Virus record (IMG/VR): IMGVR_UViG_3300020175_000005
Location: 34,507 to 98,506 of that record
Direction: 5' to 3' (one strand)
From: a virus
DNA length: 64,000 nucleotides
The translations under genes and the position numbers were made by a program. The notes beneath the pieces are model-generated. The model made no database searches. It saw nothing but the letters and a program-made list of their open reading frames with translations, and was not told where the DNA came from. Shown here one piece after another: positions 9,161-18,243 of this stretch. Each line of letters opens with the position of its first letter. Position 1 is the stretch's first letter.

Positions 9161-9575
9161 AAAATTCTTTTTTTATCATTTGTTCGACTTCTTCCCAGTT
9201 TTGTAGTATCGGATATTTAGCTTGAACATTCAACAAGCGAATTGCATCTAATTTTTTATTTTTGGGAGAGTAAAATGCAACAAAACCGTTCTCTTTTGCA
9301 GTTGCAGCTAAAATATCAGTCCACTGGCACGTGTCTAGATCAACAATCATAATATCAACTGAACGGCTAACATACCAGAGCCAAGGGAGAGATTGCTCAT
9401 TGGTTGGTGTTTGTTGTACATAAAATATAATACTACTGGTAATACACTTTTCAATTAGTAGTTTTACATCATCAACAAACTTTTTTTGATTACTAATTAT
9501 CATTATACTAATGCCATTGTCTGTCAGCATTAAGTCGGGGCTAGTTACAGTGTAACTGCTGTTGTCTCGTTTCAT
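9138..9575 (-). CDS. Hypothetical protein
   Basis: 145-aa ORF overlapping both neighbours in the operon. Confidence 0.7.
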   Translation of the reverse strand: MKRDNSSYTVTSPDLMLTDNGISIMIISNQKKFVDDVKLLIEKCITSSIIFYVQQTPTNEQSLPWLWYVSRSVDIMIVDLDTCQWTDILAATAKENGFVAFYSPKNKKLDAIRLLNVQAKYPILQNWEEVEQMIKKEFYGPADIQ

Positions 9576-11449
9576 TTTTTACCTATATTAATTTCTTTGG
9601 TTAATGCTTGATACACTTGTTGTATAGTTTCTTCATCTGCGACTTCGAGCATTTTCTCAATTTCACCGGTTCCATCTGCATTAATAATATCTTTTACTGC
9701 AATGCGTTCAGTAGGTACATTGGATGACGGCCATAAGCCTTCTTGTTTCATATTAGCTACTGTTTTTCCAACTTGATTCAGGGTTGCTTCTCTATGCGCT
9801 TGCTTTCTTGATTTGTTGTTTAATTCATACTGTTGTTGATCAATAAGGTAGTTTTTCTTGCCTGTTTCTTCGTCAATAGTGTATTGCTGTCCTTGGTCGT
9901 CAACAAACACTACTGACTCAGCTACAGTCTGTGGTTCTGGTTTTTCTGTGACTGCTGGTTCTACAATTGGCTCTGGTTCTATCTTTTTATCTTTTATTAC
10001 TTTCTTTCGCTTGCTTGGATTGTTTTCTACAAGTGTGATACCAGCAATAACAAGAACAATTGCTAATGGATCAAATACAAATACCAATAGTAATATAACC
10101 CAACGTACTGCCTCCTCCAACATGTTTTCTGCACCGGATCCATATACCAACTCAGCAATATATTTAACTGGACCAACCTCTGCTTCAAGTTGTCTTGCAG
10201 TTGCCTCTAAAGTATACTTTTGTTCAATGAGAATGTCAATAGCAGAATTAGCAGATTTAATTTTATCAGTCTCTGCTTGAATAGTGTCTTCAACTTGATT
10301 GTCGGCACCGATTTGTATATTATTACGCAGGCGCTGTATTAGTTCTTGGCTTGCCAATACCTGTGCATCTGCACTATTTCTAATTCTAGCAATTTCATCT
10401 CTTGCTGTTGCGATTGCAGGAGACTCTGTAGAACGCACTTCTTCAATCTTACCCAGCATTGTTACTTCACGTTGTTTAAGTGTAGGTATTTGTGTTGTGC
10501 GAATGTTGTCAACCACGTTAGCTAATCGCTTACGTTCAGCTTCAACTTGTCCAGTTGCATCTACCCGTATTTTAGATACATCTGTTTGTATTTGTGTGAT
10601 GCGCTCACGTTGTGCATCAACCCAAGCTACCAATGCTCTGCGTGTGTTGTTACCAAATGCTCCGTCACTTGTTACTCCGATAATCGCCTGTCCAGCACGT
10701 ACTTGTTCACGCTCTTTGCTTTGTAGTTGATTGGTTACACGGATAATTTCTTGCTCAATGCTTGTGATGTTGTTTAGTAACGGCTCAACTGTTGAAGTAT
10801 CTGCATTTAGTGTTGTAATTTTTTGTTCATATTCATTGGCAGTTGCCTCGAGCCTTAATACTTCTGCTTTTATGCTAGTAAGTTGTTCTTCATACGGGGC
10901 AGTACGAGTTGCATCATCAGATCTTGCATTTTGTATAATAAGGTTTTGTTCTTCAATTGCAGGTTGAATGCGGATGTATGTGTTGTCAATACGCTGTTGT
11001 TCAGTATTGATTTGTTCTTGCAGACTGTCATTTTCATTACCAGTACTGGTTTCTGCTTTTATAATTTTTTGTTCCGCTCTAGCAATGATTGATTCATTAC
11101 GTGCGATATCAGTATTAATACGTTCAATCTGAGCCACGCCCTCAGTCGCTAAACTTGTTTGTTCAATATGTGCTTTGGATAGGAAACCAAAGATTCCCAT
11201 GCTCGTGATGAACATTAATGTTAATACTGCTACAGTCAAATATGTTTTAATGAGAAATGCTGCTTGCTTCCAATACAAATGTAACCACACTGCTGAAGTT
11301 AGCTTTCCTATTTCCAACACAACACCCATAATAATAATAGGCACCATGGCACTAGCAAAGATTGCCACTAACCCAATAATACTATAATATGCTGCAACTA
11401 TACTAATTGACAGGGCGGCAAATATTGTCCAAAAGCCGTATAATCTCAT
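9572..11449 (-). CDS. Membrane-anchored coiled-coil protein with an internal peptidoglycan-binding-like motif
   Basis: Three N-terminal TM helices, long coiled coil, GVTSDGAFGNNTRRALVAW motif, and a C-terminal TM (VFVFDPLAIVL). Confidence 0.7.
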   Translation of the reverse strand: MRLYGFWTIFAALSISIVAAYYSIIGLVAIFASAMVPIIIMGVVLEIGKLTSAVWLHLYWKQAAFLIKTYLTVAVLTLMFITSMGIFGFLSKAHIEQTSLATEGVAQIERINTDIARNESIIARAEQKIIKAETSTGNENDSLQEQINTEQQRIDNTYIRIQPAIEEQNLIIQNARSDDATRTAPYEEQLTSIKAEVLRLEATANEYEQKITTLNADTSTVEPLLNNITSIEQEIIRVTNQLQSKEREQVRAGQAIIGVTSDGAFGNNTRRALVAWVDAQRERITQIQTDVSKIRVDATGQVEAERKRLANVVDNIRTTQIPTLKQREVTMLGKIEEVRSTESPAIATARDEIARIRNSADAQVLASQELIQRLRNNIQIGADNQVEDTIQAETDKIKSANSAIDILIEQKYTLEATARQLEAEVGPVKYIAELVYGSGAENMLEEAVRWVILLLVFVFDPLAIVLVIAGITLVENNPSKRKKVIKDKKIEPEPIVEPAVTEKPEPQTVAESVVFVDDQGQQYTIDEETGKKNYLIDQQQYELNNKSRKQAHREATLNQVGKTVANMKQEGLWPSSNVPTERIAVKDIINADGTGEIEKMLEVADEETIQQVYQALTKEINIGKK

Positions 11450-11799
11450 TTTAAATAATATGGATTAGCAAATCCACGCTCCACCAATGTATCATTTATA
11501 TTAGTCGTTTCCTGTGTTTCAGGATCAATAGAATATATAATTCCCAAGATCCTTCCAAACTTTCCTCGTTTATTTAATATAGTTTCAACAATAAATTCAG
11601 AGGTCAATAATTCAGTTAAGCATTGTTTTGATCCCAAGCCTAATATTTTTTCTTCTTCATTTTTAGATCTACTAGTGGGAGTATCAATACCATATAATCG
11701 GATCCGCTGTTTGACAAAAACACTAAATCCAAGATCAATCTCAGCATCGATTGTGTCACCATCAATGACTCTAATTAATTTTGCTTTATATGTATACAT
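11446..11799 (-). CDS. Thermonuclease (SNase-like)
   Basis: RVIDGDTI, RIRLYGIDTP and KFGRILG motifs. Confidence 0.9.
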   Translation of the reverse strand: MYTYKAKLIRVIDGDTIDAEIDLGFSVFVKQRIRLYGIDTPTSRSKNEEEKILGLGSKQCLTELLTSEFIVETILNKRGKFGRILGIIYSIDPETQETTNINDTLVERGFANPYYLK

Positions 11800-11884
11800 G
11801 CGCTTTACCTTTGTTTAAAAAAAGATACACATGTATCTTCCATATATTATTTATTACTTTATCAGCAATCCAAATATTACTACT

Positions 11885-12568
11885 TTATTTTTTATTATCC
11901 TGTATCCAACGTTTGGCGGCTGGCATCTTGGGAGGTGTACCCAAAAATTTACGTAGATTTTTGTCTACTTCTTGGAAGTTTTCTGCGCGATCTGGATCTT
12001 CCAATCCACCCGAATTATCAACAACTAGGAAATTTGCCGCGCCAAACAGTTGTTGAAATTTCATAAGGTTCTGTTGTACAGATTGCCACATTTTAGTGAC
12101 CATCTCAGCGGGTATACTTCTTGCTCGAGCTTGGTTACGTTGTTGTGCTACTGCTTCGCTGGTGTTGACAAAAATCATCAGTGTGTCATAGCCAAGTTCT
12201 TTGAGTGCTTTGTTTGCTTTGGATACTTTGGCAACATCTTTACCAGTGCCGTCGATAATAAGACCCAAGCGTCCATCCAGGTAGATATTTTCACGCTTTT
12301 TAGTAAGTGACTTGGCACGGTCTCGTGTCTCTTGTCCTTGTGGACTAGCAATAACTTCTGGATCACTCATATCCATGTCATGCTTTTGCATCAAATATTC
12401 GTAGATTTCATCACTATTGACACTTTTAAGACCAGAACCAGCAAGCATCCGGTTGGCGACAAAACTTTTGCCACTGCCAGGACCACCTGCTAGGAATACT
12501 GCTTTAAAAATGTGAGGATCGTTGGGACCTTCTTCAATCTGCTGTTCTAGTATATCATGTATTTTCAT
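11885..12568 (-). CDS. P-loop kinase (zeta-toxin / AAA_33-like)
   Basis: AVFLAGGPGSGKS, VNSD, IIDGTG and RNQARAR motifs. Confidence 0.8.
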   Translation of the reverse strand: MKIHDILEQQIEEGPNDPHIFKAVFLAGGPGSGKSFVANRMLAGSGLKSVNSDEIYEYLMQKHDMDMSDPEVIASPQGQETRDRAKSLTKKRENIYLDGRLGLIIDGTGKDVAKVSKANKALKELGYDTLMIFVNTSEAVAQQRNQARARSIPAEMVTKMWQSVQQNLMKFQQLFGAANFLVVDNSGGLEDPDRAENFQEVDKNLRKFLGTPPKMPAAKRWIQDNKK

Positions 12569-12576
12569 GCCGATAT

Positions 12577-13425
12577 TTATGCAGGGTTGTCAATTAGGAT
12601 TACACAAAATGAACTACTTACTAGTGAATTATTTGTAGTACTGTAAGCACGAACTTCAATATCATCACATTCATTTACTACAATTGGGATATTATAGTTT
12701 TTAGCATATGTTGTTGCGCTTACTGTGATAATATCACGAGCATTCCAACTACCGTCGCCTGGTGCATCTGGATCACGTGTCATAAGCATTGCAATTGCAT
12801 CTGTATTTTGTTTACCAGCACCAACAGTCCATTGTGTAATATAACCTGTCTTACCTGCCGGAATTGTATATTGTGCCATAAACGTTTGTCCACGTCCTGC
12901 TGCATTTGAACCTGTTCCATCAATGCCGATAATTGCTAATACTGTTGATGTATCATCACTAGTAATACTGATAGTTCCTTCGTTAACACCACTAGAACCT
13001 GCTGTTAATATTTTAACACGAAACACACGTTTAAATGCTCCAATGGTGGTTGTGCCAACATCAACTGTTTCCACAACAACTTCACCTGCTTGATTCATGC
13101 CTTGTATCTCTACAATTCTAGCACCAGAACCAGCTGGCGCATCTTCTATGCTATCACTTGTTACAGTAAGTGTTTCGGCTGTTTCAATGTATGTGTAAAT
13201 TCCGCCGCCGTCCCAGATGGTTTCTTTATCACTGTCTACGTCTAGGTTCATACCAAACTTTTCAATATGGCTTACGCCGTCAATATCGCCGTCTGCTAGT
13301 TGTATACCCCAACCAAAGTTATTTCCAATAACTCGTAGTGCAGGAAGTCCTGCAGCGTTGTATTCCATTGCGCGGTTTGGTCCGCTTAAATTTGGATCTT
13401 TATGTGGATGTTGATAATCACTCAT
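12577..13425 (-). CDS. Hypothetical protein, probably virion-associated (beta-rich)
   Basis: 282 aa, Gly/Thr/Ser rich. Confidence 0.65.
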   Translation of the reverse strand: MSDYQHPHKDPNLSGPNRAMEYNAAGLPALRVIGNNFGWGIQLADGDIDGVSHIEKFGMNLDVDSDKETIWDGGGIYTYIETAETLTVTSDSIEDAPAGSGARIVEIQGMNQAGEVVVETVDVGTTTIGAFKRVFRVKILTAGSSGVNEGTISITSDDTSTVLAIIGIDGTGSNAAGRGQTFMAQYTIPAGKTGYITQWTVGAGKQNTDAIAMLMTRDPDAPGDGSWNARDIITVSATTYAKNYNIPIVVNECDDIEVRAYSTTNNSLVSSSFCVILIDNPA

Positions 13426-13436
13426 TGTTTAATTCC

Positions 13437-13913
13437 TTACCATTTTCTACAAGACCAATAACGTGCTTTTGTCTTTGGTCCTGGATTGTCACAATTATGT
13501 CTTGCTCTAAAACTCTTACGTGCTTTGGGATTATTTTTTCGAATCTTCATAGCTTTGCCTTTGACACTGCTTCCGCCGTGACCAAAGTTAACTTTCTTAA
13601 CGTTTCCTGTTTTTGGGTCCTTAACATATACTTTAAACTTCTTTACATCGCCTTGCATTGGCTTGTTTAGTTTAACAGTACGTCCTTGATATTCCGCTTC
13701 AAAAAGTTCACTTTCGCACAGGCTATAACCCAAGTAACCATAATCTTCAAAAAATTCTTCGTCACATTCATAAGTGTATTCTGTTTCACTTACTTTAACA
13801 CAATTATTAACACGCTTGCCACCTTTCATTTTGGTGCCATCCTTACGGTAGCCCTTCCAACATGATGGATCTAAACGTTGTTCTGCTTCTGTTACGAATT
13901 CATCAATTTTCAT
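13437..13913 (-). CDS. Conserved phage protein (ARKSFRARHNC...YWSCRKW family)
   Basis: Motif common in large T4-like phages. Start re-called at MKIDEFVTEA. Confidence 0.7.
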   Translation of the reverse strand: MKIDEFVTEAEQRLDPSCWKGYRKDGTKMKGGKRVNNCVKVSETEYTYECDEEFFEDYGYLGYSLCESELFEAEYQGRTVKLNKPMQGDVKKFKVYVKDPKTGNVKKVNFGHGGSSVKGKAMKIRKNNPKARKSFRARHNCDNPGPKTKARYWSCRKW

Positions 13914-13933
13914 TTTATGCTTCCTTAGATGAT

Positions 13934-13957
13934 AAAGGGGAGCAGAAGCTCCCCTAC
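13934..13957 (-). terminator. GC-rich hairpin or terminator after clpP
   Basis: AGGGGAGC-TTCT-GCTCCCCTTT. Confidence 0.6.
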
Positions 13958-13982
13958 TATACATCTATTTATGCATATTTAA

Positions 13983-14597
13983 TTATTTTTTAACGATAAC
14001 CTTGTCTGCCAAGCCCCATTCAACTGCTTCTGATGCTGATAGGAATGTATCAAACTTCATTGTCTCAAACATATCTTCATATGTCTTGCCCGCTGTATTG
14101 TGCTTGACATATGTTTCAGTAAGCTGACGATTTAGTTTTTTGCTTTCTTCAAAGCTGCGGATTGCGTCTTCCATCTCAAGTTCTTGTACATGTACACTGC
14201 CGCTTGTACCACGTGTACCTGAGCTAACACGGTGAATCATTGTACGACTGTTGGGCAATACAAGACGCTTGCCGGGTTCACCTGCCATTGCCAAGAAGCT
14301 GCCCATACTGCATGCTTGTCCCATTACAATTGTTGATACTGGTGCATTGATAAACTGCATTGTATCGTAAATCGCAAGGCCGCTTGTTACACTACCGCCT
14401 GGGCTGTTAATATAGAAGTTGATATCTTCTTCACTGTTTTGTGATTCTAGGAAAAGCATTTGTGCTACTACTAAGTTTGCACTGTTATCGTTTACTTCGC
14501 CGTTGAGCATTACAATACGGTCTTTGAGTAGACGGCTGTAAATGTCGTATGAACGTTCACCACGTCCTGTTTGTTCTACCACCATAGGTACTAGCAT
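13983..14597 (-). CDS. clpP: ATP-dependent Clp protease proteolytic subunit ClpP
   Basis: [33 protein letters not shown] (catalytic Ser) and MIHR. Confidence 0.97.
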   Translation of the reverse strand: MLVPMVVEQTGRGERSYDIYSRLLKDRIVMLNGEVNDNSANLVVAQMLFLESQNSEEDINFYINSPGGSVTSGLAIYDTMQFINAPVSTIVMGQACSMGSFLAMAGEPGKRLVLPNSRTMIHRVSSGTRGTSGSVHVQELEMEDAIRSFEESKKLNRQLTETYVKHNTAGKTYEDMFETMKFDTFLSASEAVEWGLADKVIVKK

Positions 14598-14654
14598 GTT
14601 TGTTTTCCTTTTTAGATTGTATACTATATAATTTATAGTATGACTGTGTTTATG

Positions 14655-15527
14655 TCAATATATTTTTTTTGTATTGTACCTAGCTTGTAAATCAAAGATA
14701 ATACTGTAACGGGTATCTAAATTTGGATCTGGGTTGTGTGTCATGCCATGTGTAGTAACTTTCCAGCCGCTTCGTTCTGCATGCTCGCCGAACATCCACA
14801 GCATCTGGTTGTTTTCCAAACCATCCATTGTTTCCCATTTCTCAGTTTTTGTATTTTTTGCATGAAACTCCACATAATTTTCTCCTAGATGTAAACCAGC
14901 CAATGTCTCGTCACAATGCTCGTCACCAAAACGTTCAGTATTGTGAGCTCTGTGTTCTGATCTATTTGCATCATTGGCTGTAGGAGTACTGTACTCAATA
15001 ATCATTAGTTTATGCAATACACGTCCCCAATCGGGCTTTTGTTCACTATAGCATTCGTCGGTATAATATTCAAGAATTGGTTTAAAATCCGTATGCATGT
15101 TTACAAAATACTGCAATTCTTCAGGTGCCGTTTCATTTAACTTGTCCGCAGTCCAATCAAAGATATACACTTTGCGGCGCTGGACATAGTCATCAGCATC
15201 GCCAATATCACCATGCCAGTCAGTTGGTCCCACCATCGTGTCTATATCATAACCGTACACAGGTCCCTGATGCCAGTGAGAAAAACTTTTATCAGGAATG
15301 TTTTCATCCTTCCAATTCTCAACTACTGGAGATTCATCATTCTCAATATTATTGATTTCAAAAAATACATCTGTATTCATCTTCTTCATTAGACGTTCAG
15401 CCATCGCAAACCGATCTTTATACTTGGTTGCCAATAGTTGACTATCCACAATAGGCCACTCTCCAGTTTCCTGCATTGACCTCAATTCTTCATTTTGAAA
15501 TACTTTTTCATTCATATTGTTTTGCAT
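14655..15527 (-). CDS. Putative 2OG-Fe(II) oxygenase (HxD...H...RxS), paralog of 63108-63854
   Basis: EHCDE...TTHG...RYSIIF motifs. Confidence 0.6.
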   Translation of the reverse strand: MQNNMNEKVFQNEELRSMQETGEWPIVDSQLLATKYKDRFAMAERLMKKMNTDVFFEINNIENDESPVVENWKDENIPDKSFSHWHQGPVYGYDIDTMVGPTDWHGDIGDADDYVQRRKVYIFDWTADKLNETAPEELQYFVNMHTDFKPILEYYTDECYSEQKPDWGRVLHKLMIIEYSTPTANDANRSEHRAHNTERFGDEHCDETLAGLHLGENYVEFHAKNTKTEKWETMDGLENNQMLWMFGEHAERSGWKVTTHGMTHNPDPNLDTRYSIIFDLQARYNTKKIY

Positions 15528-15837
15528 ACTTTGCTTTTACCTTTCCAGCTTTCGTAAAGAATTCTTTTCTTACACTTTGTAAACTGCCTCCAACCCGTCC
15601 GGGATATTCACCGAGATATGTTCCTGCGCTTAAATCATCTTTACTGATATAATGCTTATGAAAATGTTCAATATCATCCCATACAGCTAGCATCGTTTTT
15701 CCCATCTCATCAAAGAATCCATCACTTAATATAGCATCATCTTCTTTATAATAGGCATATGACGCCATGAGGTACCATGGGACCATCATATTTATATTTT
15801 TTCTAAAAAGAGATGCAGCATGGTTATCAAGATTCAT
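15508..15837 (-). CDS. Stand-alone protein resembling NAD-dependent DNA ligase domain Ia
   Basis: YAYYKEDDAILSDGFFDEM resembles YYxxDxPxISDxxYD. Confidence 0.6.
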   Translation of the reverse strand: MNLDNHAASLFRKNINMMVPWYLMASYAYYKEDDAILSDGFFDEMGKTMLAVWDDIEHFHKHYISKDDLSAGTYLGEYPGRVGGSLQSVRKEFFTKAGKVKAKYAKQYE

Positions 15838-15991
15838 CAGTAAATCCTTTTTTAACATGCTTGGGCCTACGCTTGTATTCATTTGCAGACTTAATAGATT
15901 TTTCTCGAAACGGACCGCCGGGATCTCTTACCTGCTGTGCCAACCAATTACGTTGCTTGGGCGCTTGGGGACGTTTCACTTTCTTGGACAT
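15827..15991 (-). CDS. Small basic protein, ArfA-like (not in ORF track)
   Basis: MSKKVKRPQAPKQRNWLAQQVRDPGGPFREKSIKSANEYKRRPKHVKKGFTDES*. Confidence 0.55.
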   Translation of the reverse strand: MSKKVKRPQAPKQRNWLAQQVRDPGGPFREKSIKSANEYKRRPKHVKKGFTDES

Positions 15992-16003
15992 TGTAAATAT
16001 CCT

Positions 16004-16237
16004 TCACCTTACTTCCATACCAGTGAAGCCGGTTTGAGTCCACCCACGTGCCTTGGCATGTGCATCAACAATATCTTTATATTCAGCTGATTCCCACATT
16101 CCAACTTTAATTGCCCATGCTTTCATGTCAAGTTGAATCATAATAGATTGCTCACCTTGTGTTGGTTGAGCATAGATGCGTTCAGCTTCACACTCTACCA
16201 TGTTCCACTTTGCATTTTCATTTTCAAATTTAGACAT
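16004..16237 (-). CDS. Hypothetical protein
   Basis: 77 aa with AGGAGA RBS. Confidence 0.7.
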   Translation of the reverse strand: MSKFENENAKWNMVECEAERIYAQPTQGEQSIMIQLDMKAWAIKVGMWESAEYKDIVDAHAKARGWTQTGFTGMEVR

Positions 16238-16250
16238 TGTAGTCTCCTGA

Positions 16251-16484
16251 TTATACTTCTATTGTCGAATGAAAGTAGTTAGATTCAGCAATACCGTAAC
16301 GGTACACAGGATCATTTACAGTTTCAAGCAAGTCTGCTCTATATCGCTTGCTCATTTTAGTTAGTGCAGTTTTAGCTGCTGGCATTGTCTTGTAAGACTT
16401 AGTAGCATCTGGACGTACTAAGCCTGTACGCTGATTCATTTTACCCATGATAAAAGTGCTTGAACGTTCATAGATATAATACAT
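16251..16484 (-). CDS. Hypothetical protein
   Basis: Start re-called at MYYIYE (TAATG overlap). Confidence 0.65.
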   Translation of the reverse strand: MYYIYERSSTFIMGKMNQRTGLVRPDATKSYKTMPAAKTALTKMSKRYRADLLETVNDPVYRYGIAESNYFHSTIEV

Positions 16485-16858
16485 TACGCTGCTTCCAGTT
16501 CGTTTGCTGCACAAACATAAGCTCGGTTGTACTGTCCAATTTCAATGTCCGTGTAGTGCGAACGATGAAAGTAATCAGACATTGCGTCATCATTGTTGAA
16601 GTACTTGGGACCTTTCATAGCGTCCAGCAGTTCGTTAAGGAAGTCACGTGCTACACCATTGTAGTGTGTGTCGATCCAGTATACGTTTACATCTTCGTAA
16701 CCGTCACGGATATCAAAGTCAATAACACCGCTCTTAACTTTAACAACCAAGGTGCTGTGGTTGCGAATAGCAATAGTAGCTTTCATGTTGTACTTTTTAA
16801 GCACGGCTTTGATAGCTGGAGCAAGTTCTTTTTTATCTGCTTGGGATACGTATGCCAT
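16484..16858 (-). CDS. Conserved early phage hypothetical protein
   Basis: 124 aa with FNNDDAMSDYF motif; first gene behind a strong early promoter. Confidence 0.75.
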   Translation of the reverse strand: MAYVSQADKKELAPAIKAVLKKYNMKATIAIRNHSTLVVKVKSGVIDFDIRDGYEDVNVYWIDTHYNGVARDFLNELLDAMKGPKYFNNDDAMSDYFHRSHYTDIEIGQYNRAYVCAANELEAA

Positions 16859-16894
16859 TTTGTGCGTCCTTTGTTTTGCTTAACTTATACATAT

Positions 16895-16965
16895 AATATA
16901 ACACCAAGACGTCTTGATGTCAAGAGAAAAGTGAACAAAGGTTATTAATGATTACAATAGGTTAT
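16895..16965 (-). promoter_or_regulatory. Sigma70-type early promoter with spacer palindrome and upstream CAATAGGTTA box
   Basis: TTGACA-tcaagacgtcttggtgt-TATATT, with the AAGACGTCTT palindrome in the spacer. Confidence 0.8.
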
Positions 16966-16973
16966 AAAATAAT

Positions 16974-17471
16974 TTAAATTTTATTTCTGCTGTCAATTAC
17001 TTCAAATGTGGGAGTAATTATATCCTGTGATTTGATGTCTGTAAAGATGCCGTGCTTGCACACATACTTTCCACTGAATGTGGGAGACCATAATCCAACA
17101 GTGAGAGTTTCTGGAATTCTTAGTGAAAAGTTTACTGGTATATTTTTGCCAGGATACATGCTGGCAGAGGGCGCCTTTACCAAATGCCGTGGAGTTAATA
17201 CGATCATATCGCCATTTTCTGTATTGGTAAGATACACTTTGAAATCTATCAAGTTACACATTACTGGTCTATCAAGTGTTCCTGAAGTTTCTAACACAGT
17301 GTCGGTGGCGAGATCTACTGGAGTCACAACATAACCGGTAAAGTTTTCCAATGGACTTGCATATTGTAGTTTCATAAAGGTGTGAAACATAATCGTGATA
17401 AATGTAATCATGGCAACTGTGATTAGTGCCAAAAGTATATTCACTCCATGTATGCTAAAGATTGCTTTCAT
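16974..17471 (-). CDS. Hypothetical protein with N-terminal TM helix
   Basis: Hydrophobic N-terminus; late TAAATA motif upstream. Confidence 0.7.
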   Translation of the reverse strand: MKAIFSIHGVNILLALITVAMITFITIMFHTFMKLQYASPLENFTGYVVTPVDLATDTVLETSGTLDRPVMCNLIDFKVYLTNTENGDMIVLTPRHLVKAPSASMYPGKNIPVNFSLRIPETLTVGLWSPTFSGKYVCKHGIFTDIKSQDIITPTFEVIDSRNKI

Positions 17472-17483
17472 ATATGTATTTAG

Positions 17484-17873
17484 TTAATCCCAATGATTTT
17501 TTTCCGTTAACTGACGTTGGAATTCTGCCATAATACTACGCCAATAATCTGTAGAGTATCGCAAACTCCAACCTCCAATGTTTACTACTACAAAGTCAGC
17601 TGAAACACGTTCTGGGCGAGGACCGCTTCTGCTACGATAAATCCAATACTTGCCATCACGTGTGTGTAAACCTTGTACGCCTTCGCCATCAGGACCATGT
17701 TCCCAATTGTCAGCAATATGTTGAAATTGTTCAATTGACATTTGACGACTAAAGTTTACATAGTCAGTAACACGGAAACTGATTTTTACCGTGCTTTCGT
17801 CTTTAAAAACATAAATCTTCAGCGGCTCGCTCATTCGCCATACATTATTTTCGTCTAAATTTGGATGTGTCAT
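17484..17873 (-). CDS. Hypothetical protein
   Basis: 129 aa, ATGA-coupled. Confidence 0.7.
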   Translation of the reverse strand: MTHPNLDENNVWRMSEPLKIYVFKDESTVKISFRVTDYVNFSRQMSIEQFQHIADNWEHGPDGEGVQGLHTRDGKYWIYRSRSGPRPERVSADFVVVNIGGWSLRYSTDYWRSIMAEFQRQLTEKNHWD

Positions 17874-18145
17874 TCGATTGATTTTCTTTTCTCTTTTATG
17901 GCTTCTTCAATATCCATTATTTGTTCATTTTCAATTAATCTAATAATTGTTTCTGTTACGCCAATTTCGTGTTGTAACATTCCCATCTTATCCATTAGCT
18001 TTTGTAATTCAGTTGTATAAAACTCAAGTTCTTTTCTTTTCCGGGATCTCTGATCATATATGTCGGTAATGTCAATTATTAGCCTGGGAGACTTTAATTC
18101 ATCGCCACCACTATTGTGTCCTATTAAACTCATTTTAAACTCCAT
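17870..18145 (-). CDS. Hypothetical coiled-coil protein
   Basis: IGHNSG motif near the N-terminus; likely start is MSLIGHNS at 18133. Confidence 0.7.
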   Translation of the reverse strand: MEFKMSLIGHNSGGDELKSPRLIIDITDIYDQRSRKRKELEFYTTELQKLMDKMGMLQHEIGVTETIIRLIENEQIMDIEEAIKEKRKSIE

Positions 18146-18154
18146 TTTTAAAAG

Positions 18155-18229
18155 AAGCAGGTTGTGCTGTCCGCTGACGCTATTCCTCTCGGGGGTTCAA
18201 GACCCGGGCCAATTAATGCCAACCCGCTT
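18155..18229 (-). ncRNA. Candidate ~75-nt structured small RNA
   Basis: GC-rich island with a 10-bp closing stem AAGCGGGUUG/CAACCUGCUU and internal hairpins GGGU-CUUGA-ACCC and CC-GAGA-GG; TAAATA immediately upstream. Confidence 0.55.
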
Positions 18230-18243
18230 GTGGTTATTTATTA

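Noticed and set aside
9858-10967. Plus-strand ORFs in the track (also 30423-30980, 43424-43969, 54841-55410 and others)
   Set aside because: They are antisense shadows of well-supported minus-strand genes and have no recognisable motifs.
6063-14597. Bacterial chromosomal origin for the clpX, clpP, infC and rpsU genes
   Set aside because: The gene order is not bacterial (no rpmI/rplT, tig or lon). The genes are interleaved with phage genes and share the phage composition and promoters.
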